Source: the human T2T-CHM13v2.0 reference genome, Homo sapiens
Assembly: GCF_009914755.1 (NCBI RefSeq)
Contig: NC_060925.1
Length of the DNA: 64,000 bases
Direction: 5' to 3' (one strand)
Under the pieces are notes generated by a model. That model was given only the letters and a program-made list of their open reading frames with translations. It did not search any database and was not told where the DNA came from. Both the position numbers and the translations under genes were made by a program. Each line of letters starts with the position of its first letter. Positions within the stretch are counted from its first letter, which is position 1. This document shows, piece after piece, positions 40,778 through 52,177 of the stretch.

Positions 40778-41073
40778 TTAGGTTGGTGCAAAAGTAACTG
40801 TGGTTTTGTGATGCAATTTTCACCTCCTCCTCCTTTTGCCATGTGATGTGCCTCTTCCCCCTTTGCCTCCCGTCATGATTGTAAGTTTCCTGAGGCCTCC
40901 CCAGAAGCCAAGCAGATGCTATCCCCGTGCTTTCTGTAAAGCATGCAGAACCATGAGCCAATTAAACTCTTTTCTTTATAAATTACCCAGTCTTGGGTAT
41001 TTCTTTAAAGCAATGCAAGAAAAGTGCATTAAAAGTAATGACAAAACCCACAATTTCTATTGCACCAATCTAA
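40778..41073. mobile_element. MADE1 (Hsmar1 mariner MITE) carrying an internal insert of about 218 bp
   Basis: Left TIR ttaggttggtgcaaaagtaactgtggttttg (40778-40808); right part cattaaaagtaatgacaaaacccacaatttctattgcaccaatctaa (41027-41073); TA at 40775-76 and 41074-75. Confidence 0.92.
40818..41021 (+). mobile_element. MSTA LTR 3' fragment inside MADE1
   Basis: gccatgtgatgtgcct...ccagaagccaagcagatgc...gagccaattaaac...gcaatgcaagaa; lacks the LTR termini. Confidence 0.9.
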
Positions 41074-42403
41074 TAAAACATTATGAAATACAACAGTTAA
41101 AAAAATACAATTTTGTCCTTTTGATTTTGAATTAGTGTTGCCACAGTTATTATGAAACTGGCACTGACACCATTAAGAAAGCTTAAATCACCAAGTCTAA
41201 GTGTATGGGGGAAAATTCAGTTTCATATAGTGTGAGTTAATTATTGGATTCTTAGTCTATTCTAATGGAGAAGCTAGTCTATTAAATAATATGGCCAGTT
41301 ACTTTCTGCTTTAAAATACTGATTCTGAGTAAGTGAGAAGTGGAAAAAAGTAGAGACAAAGGCACATATAAGCCATCACATGTTATAAGGTATTTTAAGA
41401 CCTAAAATCAAAAATCTGGAAATTCAAGTTATTTTAGAACTCAATTAACTAATCATACCTTACTTTGATACATAGGTTTATTTTATTTACACACTTAATG
41501 TACGTATTCTTTTTTAATTATTCACTATTATAAGAGAAGTTGTTATGCATGAAAAACAATTATATGTTAGCATATTTATTTTGTATAAACTTTATCAACT
41601 TCTGAGTTGAATTAAATATCTCTATACACCGTAATATTTGTTGCATATTAGGCTTACTCAAAGCATTCTGGTTTTGATGAAATTAACCCACAGTTAAAAA
41701 AACCGAGATCAATATTACATTAGTATTCCACCTTTCAATCCACTATGTTTTGCCTTTTTCTTATTTACCATTGCAGATTGAAAACATCTTTTATCTTTAA
41801 TGGTTTTAAGACACATAATATATTGCTTTTGTTCAGCTATTTTAGATTATATGAGGAAAAATGCCCTAAGAACTGATTGGGAACCAACTCAATGTGAAAA
41901 TAATTAGAATGACAAGTTCATTAGGAAACATGTTACTTATTAGAATGACAGAAAATTACCTTTTTTCAGGTCATTTAATTTGGAATAGATGAAACAAAAG
42001 TTTCATTCCATCACTCTGTTAAATAATTGAAGTCAGTAGGTTTTTCCATTTCTACAAGCAAAATAACAAAAATTGAGAAGAACTAATGTTTTCTGTGGAA
42101 TTGTAAAAAACTAAGTCTTTCTTAGGAGATAGTGAATTATCCTACATTTTAAACAAAGCTGTAGAAAATGTAACTTGATAAGAGAAACTTATACTTTTTT
42201 TTTTAAGGAGCAAAATCAAGGTCGATGAAAACGGACTTTGTCTACATCTGCAACATCAAATACAGTGTCTGCCATGCAGTACCTTCTTAATATATATTTG
42301 TTCGATAAATAAAATAATGTAAGGTATTACCAGGGATTTTTGACATAAAAATTTTTAAAACATACCAATTGTTTTAAAGAAGTTAAACAATTCTATGAAG
42401 TTT

Positions 42404-42448
42404 AGTTCTAATCACTTAGTAATGAAGAAGTTCTAATCACTTAGTAAT
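42404..42448. repeat. 20-bp direct duplication
   Basis: agttctaatcacttagtaat at 42404-23 and 42429-48. Confidence 0.9.
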
Positions 42449-42495
42449 ATTTACCATATAGTTTAAGCTTCAATGAATTTCAGTTATTACAAAGT

Positions 42496-43311
42496 TGGAG
42501 TGGATTGAATAATGTCCTTCAAAGATTCACACCCCCTAAACTTTCAGAATGTGATCTTATTTGGAAATTCGTATCTTTGTAGATGTACTTAAGTAAAAGA
42601 TCTCAAGATGAATCACCTGGGATTTCAGGTCTCCACCCAAATCTCATGTTGAATTCTAATCCCCATTGTCGGAAGTGGGGCCTTGTGGGAGGCATTTGGT
42701 TCCTGGAGGTGGATCCCTTATGGCTTGGTGCCATCTTTGTGATAGTGAGTTATCTCGAGATCTGGTCAGGCGATAAAAGTGACTAGATCGACACTCTCTC
42801 TTTCTTGCCTGCTCCTGCTTTTGCCATGTGATGTGCCTGCTCCCCCTTTGCCTCCCACCATGATTGTAAGTTTCCTGTGGCCTCCCCAGAAGCCAAGCAG
42901 ATGCCAGCACCATGCTCCCTATAAAGCTTGCAGAACCTTGAGCCAATTAAACCTCTTTTCTTTATAAATTACCCAGTCTTGGGTATTTCTTTATTGCAAT
43001 ACAAGAATGGCATAACACAGAGTGGATCTTAAATCCAATGACTGGTGTCTTTATAAGAAGAAAAAAAATACAGAAAGGCACAAAGGGAAAGTACGTTAAG
43101 ATGGAGGTAAAGATTAGAGTTATGCTGCCATAACCGAAAGGACAGCCAAGGTATCAGAAGCTGGCAGAGGCAAGGAAGAGTTCTTCTCTAGAAACTGCAG
43201 AGGGAACATGACCCTGCTGACAACTGAGTCAGGATTTCTGCCTTTCAAAACTGTGAGAATTTTTTTGGCCACCAAGTTTATTTGTTGCGGTAGTTTTAGT
43301 AAATTAATATA
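42496..43311 (+). mobile_element. MLT1C LTR interrupted by MSTA
   Basis: tggattgaataatgtcc...cagaatgtgatcttatttggaaat...[MSTA]...taaatccaatgactggtgtctttataag...gcaaggaagagttcttctctaga. Confidence 0.8.
42629..43019 (+). mobile_element. MSTA MaLR LTR (first ~17 bp missing)
   Basis: ccacccaaatctcatgttgaatt...gcaatacaagaatggcataacaca. Confidence 0.9.
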
Positions 43312-45438
43312 GATCTGGAAAGCTAGAAAGTGCATTATTCTCACCCTTAAAATAACAGCAATATATAGATTATTCTACAATTACAACTTCTGTTAAATCC
43401 ATCAAGGCACTGAGGTTGCAAAATATCCAACTTACACAAAATCTAAACAAAGATGAGTGACATCAAGGAGAGATAGGAGGCAAACCCTTGATTCTTTGGG
43501 GCAAACAACACGCAGGTGCCCATGGGAACAGTACCCCCAAGGGGAATTCACAGGGACTTTCAGTCTCTTGGTGAACTAATCAAGTGGTTATGAGAAAAAT
43601 CTGGGGGAGACCAGAAAAAGTCTTCCTCATGTTGTTCAGGTGTGAGTGCTGGGGTAGGGGAATGAGAAGCAACCTCAGTGAGAAAGATATCCAGCCTTTC
43701 CTAGATAGGTGTTTCTCCTTTATCTCCAATTAAAAGTTTAAACTGATGAGAAAATAGTAAATCCAGTCAACATCAGGAAACAGGCTAAGAAACAACTGGA
43801 TTTCAGAGAAAAAGGAGAGGAAAATGTCCTGATCCGAAACCATTAGAAAATTTATACGTCTTAGTGAGGGACAGGATAAATAAGAAGCACTCTCCCCAAG
43901 ACACAGGGGCACAGTGCATGCCTAAGATGGACAATAAAACAGAAAAACAAAATTTGACTCTCCCACCTCCGTGCACCACCACCACCACCATCAGGCCCAC
44001 AAATTCAATAATAAGCAATAACCATCTACTACTGGGGATGGGGGCGGCACAAGAGCATGGAAAAATAAACTCTTTAACAAGCAAAGGAAGACTTTATGCT
44101 GAAGGTAGGGAAGATATTGTGAAAAACACTCTGGGAAATCATCCCCAATCCTAAGCACAAGGTGACTCTAGAGGAAGGTGAAGCCTGTGGGGAATTGGTA
44201 ACAACCATGGAAACAACAAATCCCAGACTCAGCTCAGCTGGCTGGATTGATTCAATTACTCACACCACAGGTCTACCACAAAACAGGTGTGGCCCCAGAA
44301 ATAAATAGTTGCCATTTATCTCAGTTTTCACTGCTTTACAGAAGATGTCAACTTTCAACAACAACAACAAAGGAGACACCTAAATAAGGAAGAATAAGCA
44401 ACATACATTCTGGAGACAGAGTCAGTCTCAGCTCCCACCCAGAAGTTAGAATTATCAGGTAGGGAATATAAAGTACCTATTACTACTATGTTAACTACTT
44501 AATATAAAAGGTGAACAACATGCATAGGTAATTTCTGCAGAGAGATGGAAATTATAAGGAAAAATAAAATTTATAGAAATGAGAAGCATGGTATCAAAGA
44601 AGAATGCCTTCAACAGGCTCAGCACTAGACTGATTCAACAAAAGCAAAGATCATAGAAGAAAAAAAATAGCATGAGTTGAATTCATACAAATAAAATTTT
44701 TTCAAATACACCGCTAAGAGAATTAAAAGATAAGCCATAGACTGGGAGAAAATATTTACAAATAACCTATCTGGTAAAAAAACTTATTTCTAAAACATAT
44801 AAAGAGCTCTTATAACTCATTAATAAGAAACAACACAAATAAAAGTGGATAAGAAGTTAAAGAGAGCCTTCACCAAAGGAGATAAAAGAATCTCACATGA
44901 AAAGATGCTCAACATCATTAGTCATTCAGAAAAATGGAACTGAAAACAAAATGTGATATCACTACACAATTATTAGAATGGCGAAAACAAAACAAAACAG
45001 AAAGAAAACATAAATAGCTGATAAATATGTAGAGCAACTAGAACTCTCATATATTGCTGGTGATAATACAAAATGGTATAGTCAAATTAGGCAGTTCCTT
45101 AAAAAGTTAAAAGTAGGCTTGCCATATAACCTGGCAATCCCACTCATAGATTGTCCAAGTAAAATGAAATCTTATGTTCATCCCCAAACATGTCTGTGAT
45201 TTCATATAGCAGCTTTATTCATAATCATCTGAATGAGAAACAACCCAAATTTTTCATGGTAAGGAATGAAAAAGTAAGCTATCATATCTTCATTCCATGG
45301 CATACCACTCAGTAATCATAAAAATTGAATAACTTCTGATACATTTAATAATTTGGATGAATCTGAAATGCATAAAATTAATGAAGTTAACCAGACTTCA
45401 AATGCTACATAGTGTATGATTCTATGTATATGATATTC
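43312..45438 (+). mobile_element. Old L1M (MC/MD-type): 5' region and start of ORF1 joined to ORF2 3' end and 3' UTR
   Basis: The ORF2-end motif aagccatagactgggagaaaatattt...aaagatgctcaacatcattagtcatt starts at about 44680; L1M 5'-like sequence precedes it. Confidence 0.7.
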
Positions 45439-45439
45439 T

Positions 45440-45715
45440 TTCTCCCTCACTTCATGCAGGTCTTTGCTCAAATGTCACTTCATCAGCAAGGCTTACCATA
45501 TCACCCAGTCTAAAAGGGCTCCCAACATTCCCATCATAAACTTTTGCTTACCTATATTTTACTTTCTATGTAGCATTAACGTATAGCAAGTATTTACTGA
45601 TTTACTGTATATATCCCTCACTGGAATATAAGCTCCATGAGGGTAGACACATTTTTATTCCTATTTGTCTAGAACATGTAGATGTTCTGTAAATATTATT
45701 GAATAGATAAATGGT
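45440..45715 (+). mobile_element. L2a 3' end
   Basis: caggtctttgctcaaatgtcac...ctggaatataagctccatgagggtaga...aaatattattgaatagataaatg. Confidence 0.75.
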
Positions 45716-46240
45716 TGATACAGCAACATCGGGATGTTATTGATTAGTAGCTATGTCAGCAGTAGCTTCTACATGATCATCGAATTTGGGTTTAAATACA
45801 CATCTAAGGGCAGTGGTCATCACTGAGCAGACAAATCATAAAAACACAGGACAGAGGAAGGCTACCATTGAACATATACCATTATTAATCAAGCAGTCAC
45901 ACAAGTGGTGGGAAATGGGGAATATTTATATTATGCATCTAAGCCTCGTGAGTTTTCATAGATAATCTGGAAGTATATTTCCTGTTCATCTTGTGATTAT
46001 TGTTATATTTTTAAGTTATTTCTGTAAAAGTGAACATATTTTTACTGTTTACCTTATCTCATTTTTTCACATATTTACTTTATAAATATCTGCTTATGGA
46101 AATTATCAAAAGTATTATAATTTTACTTGATTATGTTTGCAGTATGTGTGTGTATCCTTGTGTTTGTTTTGTGTAAACAAATTTAGAGGTCATTTATCTT
46201 TGCCTTAAATATCCACTAACTGAAAACTGAGAAAGATTAG

Positions 46241-46578
<338 letters not shown>

Positions 46579-47309
46579 GAGAGTCTACTTTAAAAAAAAA
46601 AAAATCTACATATTAAAATGTAGCTCAGTAAGCATCAGATAGGGAATGGTTGCCTCAATATGTCTTAAAAGAAAGTTTTGCATGATGCCTGCATGCATTT
46701 CACATGCTTTATGGACTGCACATTCCTGTATCTCTTTATATATATATAAAACTTGAAACTCAAATAACAGTTACAGGATTTCTTATTTTAATAAACTATT
46801 AAATGGAAATAAGTTGTTGCAGAATGAAGAGATTTAGTCTTTTGATCTATTTTGTCAGAGAAACTTCAAAAAACTTACCAAAGGTATTTTATAACAGTCA
46901 GTTGTATAAATGGGACAACAATTAGACAAAAAGCCTTCATAAAATTTAATGGTCTTAAAATGAATCAATTGGTAATCAAAAGGAATACAAATACTTAGTA
47001 AACAAAATTCATAATAGCCTAAAGATTTAATCACTTCAACGTGATGGAATTGTGTAAAAGGAATTATCCCAGCCAGTTGGAAATATATCTATTCCCTTTG
47101 AGACTATCTGGATTAAAACACATTTTACTTCAATTTGATAATGCCTAATTTTAGTAATTAACAAATCTGTCTCTTGGGAATGTTTTCCTTCCATCTAACT
47201 TAAATAGAGTAAGCTAATAAGTAATTAGCTCATCTAAATGCCTCGTAAGGTGTAATCCCTAAGTTCCACCTAGATGTCTAGGTTCTCTTTGTTCTGTTTG
47301 CATCATTAA

Positions 47310-47595
<286 letters not shown>

Positions 47596-48011
47596 TAAGC
47601 TATTTTTAATTTTGTGAAACATTTTCCAGTTAAAGACAGATAAGTAAACATGAGTAAATGCTTCATTTAATATTATTCCTCTTGTCAATGGAAGAATAAA
47701 CTTTTAACTCTTCAGAAGACATTTCCTTCTTTGGTTTTCTAATTAACAAACTGCACAATTCTAGTTTTATGTAGGAATTCCTCATTTATTTTTCGTCTCA
47801 GAATTTCATTTTCTAAATGACTTCCATAGCAATCCTCCAAATTCAGTACCTGGCTCGGTTCTTCAGTTATGGGGCACATGAAAAGCTAACTTGATATTTC
47901 TGTCTTAGGTCCATCCTCCTATCTTCCAACTTTTGCAGGAATCTTACATAAGAATTGATGATTCCATTTACTTTCTCTACAAGCTTTTGCCCACGGTTTG
48001 ATTTTCCCATG

Positions 48012-49204
48012 CAGTTTGGCCACCTAATTTGCAGGGCTTAGTGCAAAATGAACATTTGAGCTTCTTGTTCAAAATCAGAGGTGGGGCAAGCATGTTTGGT
48101 ACTAAAATGTAAAGTTTTTCCCCTTTTTAAAAGTTTTTTTTCTGACTTCTCATGGTATTTGCTATTCTGACATTGTTTTAAGCAAAGAAAAATTAAAAAT
48201 TCACATTGTTAGCATGAGTTTTTCCATTCCATTCATTTTTATATGGAATGCTAGCTTTAAATGCAAATAGAGCAGTTAAATTATAGGCAGAATCACCCAG
48301 TTACACAATTTTGTATTTCATAGTTTGTCTTCAGACAAGCTGCTTGTGCTCCAGCAGACCAGGACTAACAAATACAAGTCAGACTCAAGAGGTTGAAAGG
48401 AGAGAGGATCCCTCAGGCATGGAAGCCATCCAGGAAGGGTTCCATCGACACAGGGATACTCAGTAAGTATGAGGATACTTGCCTGACTAGGGCAGATCTT
48501 CACAGTTACCCAGGCCCCTTGCCTAGATCTCAGTACTTGGGACTCCAGCTTACTCAAACCCAATAGCTGCCAGGTTCCCCTGGTGCCAGCCCCCGCATAC
48601 ACATGCTTCACAGCCTGGCATTTCTACTTCCCATTTGCTGGCACCACAATCTATGGCAGTAGGCCTGTGAACACCAAATACCTTTAAACTTCCACATCTG
48701 GATGCACCAGGTACCTGGGTCACAAGCCACAAGAGAATTGTGCCCACAAATATGGACCAGCCTATTGCCAATCATGCTGCCACTGCCGGGTCCCACCTGA
48801 GATGTGCCAGAGTGCACACCCTGATCCCAACACTCCCTGTGATTACATCTAAAACCCCACAAGGGCAGAGGTTGACAGCAGAATGATGGCCTCCTTTAAA
48901 ACTTATCTGGTGATTGCCTGGAATATAGGACCCAGAGGAACCCAAGCAGTAGGAGAATGAATGATTGAACCATTCTGTGGTAGCTAAGAGCCAGCAGGAG
49001 GCAGGACCTTGTGTAAGTCCAGTTTCCAAACCCCTGGCATATGTTTGTTGTTACATCACATTCTGCCTACAAATCACAAGTTCAAATATAGACATATTAA
49101 TAATATCAAGAGGGCAATAGCAAAGCATTAAACCAATGTGGGGAATTTCTGAGAATGGAGCCTAATTTAGTTGCACAGTTCCTCTGCCCATGAAGCTGGT
49201 CCTG
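48012..49204. mobile_element. MER45-family (hAT-Tip100) non-autonomous DNA transposon
   Basis: Ends cagtttggccacctaatttgcagggcttagtgcaaaatg and gcccatgaagctggtcctg; 8-bp TSD TTCCCATG (48004-11) / TTCTCATG (49205-12). Confidence 0.85.
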
Positions 49205-50060
49205 TTCTCATGAACTATACTCAAGTTTTTTTGATGTATAAAAAATGTCTTTAACATAATCACTCCAGCAGGTGCCATTCATTTCATCACATCTGAAAAC
49301 TCAAACTTAACAAAAATATAGCAACACTCTTCATTTCCTCAAACTCTACTATTACTTAACCTAATCCACCAGGGTTTCAGGTCTACAAAAACATCGCTTT
49401 TTAGGAAAACAATAATCTTAATATCACAAATTCATTGAAAATTTTTCAATTACCTTACAGTATTTTTCAGCAACTTTCATAATTGTTTACTTCTCCTTTG
49501 GCAACCTGTTATTTTTCTATGGCAATGTATTTCTAGGTTTCTTCCTACCAATTTGAGCTCTCATCCCCATATCCTTTTGCTGCTCTGACCTATATTATCC
49601 AGCCTTTTAATGCTCAGTTTCCTAAAGATTTGTTCTAAGGCCCTAAAACATGCCCAAGGATGAAAATCGCTTTGAAACAGGAATTATACTAAAAAGCATA
49701 CTTCCTGTTTTAAAGCAATTTTCATCCTTTGGCATGTTTTTTGATAACTCACAAATTTACATTTTTATCCCAGATGTCACCTCAGAACTTTAATGTTGCA
49801 AGATACCTGCAAGATGACTCATGGTTAACATACGTAAAACAGATAATCAAGATCTCCTTGAGTTCTTCTTCATTGTTCCCTCTCCTACTGAATTACATCA
49901 CCCTCCATTTTCTCAATCCATTTGCTAAAGCTAGAAACCACATAGTCACCCCGGATAGCTCTGCTTTACTTGTGCACCTCATTCAATCCTATAACAAATT
50001 CTTTCATTTTAATTCCCGAATATCTCCCTACATTTTTAGCTTCATTCCTACAGTCATCTT

Positions 50061-50428
50061 TGCTATAGCCTGAATGCATGTGTCTCCCCCACATTCATAT
50101 GTTAAAATCTTCATCCCCAAGGTGGTAGTATTAGAAAGTGGGGCCTGTGGAAGGAAGGTGATTAGGTCATGAGAACAGAGCCCTCATGAACGGGATTAGA
50201 GCCCTTATAAGAGGCCTCAGAAAGCTGCCTTTCCCCTTCTACTGTGTGAGGACATAGAGATAAGACACCCTATATGAACCAGAAGGTGAGTCCTCAGCAC
50301 AAATAGAATCTGCCAGCATCTTGATTATGGATTTACCAGCCTCCAGAACTGTGAGAAATAAATTCCTGTTGTTTCTAAGCTACCAAGTTTATGGTATTTT
50401 GTTATACCAGCCTGAATGGACTAAGACA
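50061..50428 (+). mobile_element. MLT1A0 MaLR LTR within L2 remnants
   Basis: tgctatagcctgaatg...gattaggtcatgag...cctccagaactgtgagaaataaattcc...ggactaagaca; TSD ATCTT/GTCTT. Confidence 0.9.
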
Positions 50429-50651
50429 GTCTTCAATACCATCACTCTAGTTAAACAACACTTATTTCTTCATCTGGGTGACGCAATGGTTTTCTAATTC
50501 TTTCTCAGTCTTTATTTGGTTCTCCAACATTGCAACCAAAGTGTTTGCTGAAAATATAAAATTAGTTATATTTGTTCTCTCCCTAAGAACTTTCATTGTC
50601 TTTTTTTCTGATTCCAGTACACATGAGAAACTAATATACCTAGAACACTAG

Positions 50652-51127
50652 TGTGGTAGGCAGAATAAAAACTACCAAAGATATCCATGTCCCAATCCCT
50701 GGAACTTGTGAATATGTTACTTTAACATGGAAAAAATGATTTTGCAGAAGCAATTAACTTAAAGACCTTTAGATGGGGAAATTATACTGAATTATGCAGG
50801 CAGGCCAAATGTAATCACAGGGTCCTTAAAACAGACAGAGAAGGAGATATGAAAATGAAAGTAGAAAATTAGAATGTGCAGTATGATAAAGACTCTACTG
50901 GCCATTGCTGGCTTTGAAGATGGAGGGATGCAACCATGAGCCAAGGGATAGGGTTTACCTCTAGAAGTTGGAAAAGGCAAGAAAATTTATTGACCCTAGA
51001 GCCTCCACAGAGAACAGAGCCCTACCAAAATCTTGATTTTGGCAAAGGAGACCCATTCCAGAACTGAAACATGATAAATGCTGTTTTAAGCCACTGTTTG
51101 TTGTAATTGCAACAAAAAACTTATAAA
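50652..51127 (+). mobile_element. MLT1D MaLR LTR
   Basis: tgtggtaggcagaata...ccctggaacttgtgaatatgttac...ccattgctggctttgaagatgga. Confidence 0.87.
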
Positions 51128-51752
51128 CTGAGGAAGAAAGAAGTATAATGCATCAACACTTTAATTAGCTTCTTGTGTTTTTTATGCAGATTACTCTTTT
51201 TCTTTCTTTACATGTAATTTAATCAGTATGTAATAAAAATGTGTTACATGAAACAAAAATCTTGGTTTGTCCAGCATTAAACAGAGACAAACAAAAGTTT
51301 TTAAAAGGGACTTAAGTTTCCCATTAGAGCTCTTTTGACTAATCCTACTTTTTTTTCCTTTAGAAAAAAAGTGTTCAGTTGATCAAAGACATATGATATT
51401 AGGCCATTTGGCTAATAAATTTTGGTGCTGCAAACCCATTACTTTCATATCTATTTCACAATCAGGTAGTATGGGCAGAATTACACAGACTGCAGAAAAA
51501 AAAAAACAGATGGGAAATGCAAGTGAAGAGAGGCTAAAGTATTCTTAATAATGTAAGTTTTTAAATGTAATCACTGCTGATTACTTTTCTACATCTGGAT
51601 TTTAGAACATAATACCAATATAATCTCCCAACTCACTTCGGGTAAACCTAACTAGGTATGAAATAATAGTTTGCTTAATTTCTATATAAGTAAATCATGT
51701 TGGCCTTATTAAAAATGACAGTTAATGGATGTTGCTAGCATAATCTAATTAT

Positions 51753-51797
51753 TCAGGTTGGTGCAAAAGTAATCACAGTTTTTGTTATTACTTTTAA
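51753..51797. mobile_element. MADE1 half element (single Hsmar1 TIR)
   Basis: tcaggttggtgcaaaagtaatcacagtttttgttattacttttaa; the second TIR is absent. Confidence 0.85.
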
Positions 51798-52177
51798 AGT
51801 TATTAATTTTACTTCAAGTTGTTTTCTAATGTATAGCTAAGACTAAGCACTGTCCCTGTAGCAATACTGAACAGTATGAAAGAAGTTAGAAACACTTCTT
51901 CTAAAGAATAATGAAATTTTCAAAACTTTTAGAGATAGCTAATTAATTCAGGAAGTTTAAATTATAGAGATATTTTATTTTGTTTCTACAGCATAATTAT
52001 TTTAGTTATTTGTTTTTCTTCTTGTTTTTTATATTTTCAATATGTTCAAATACCTGCTTATTTCTACTGCTAATTAATTCAATTCTGAGGCTTCATTCAA
52101 TGTTAGGACGTGAATCAATTGTACTAGTAACATGCATCCTATTAAAATTATATACAGAATTTTAAAATGTTTTGGAA

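Noticed and set aside
40778-41073. Calling the MADE1 a miR-548 gene
   Set aside because: The 218-bp insert destroys the compact pre-miRNA loop, and there is no expression evidence.
42404-42448. Short direct repeats here, near 28510-28580 and near 58013-58050 as a CRISPR-like array
   Set aside because: Only two copies each, with no regular spacers, in eukaryotic DNA; they are ordinary slippage duplications.
48318-49029. Overlapping minus-strand ORFs in a GC-richer patch
   Set aside because: They lie inside MER45, have no recognisable domain, and are explained by lower stop-codon density.
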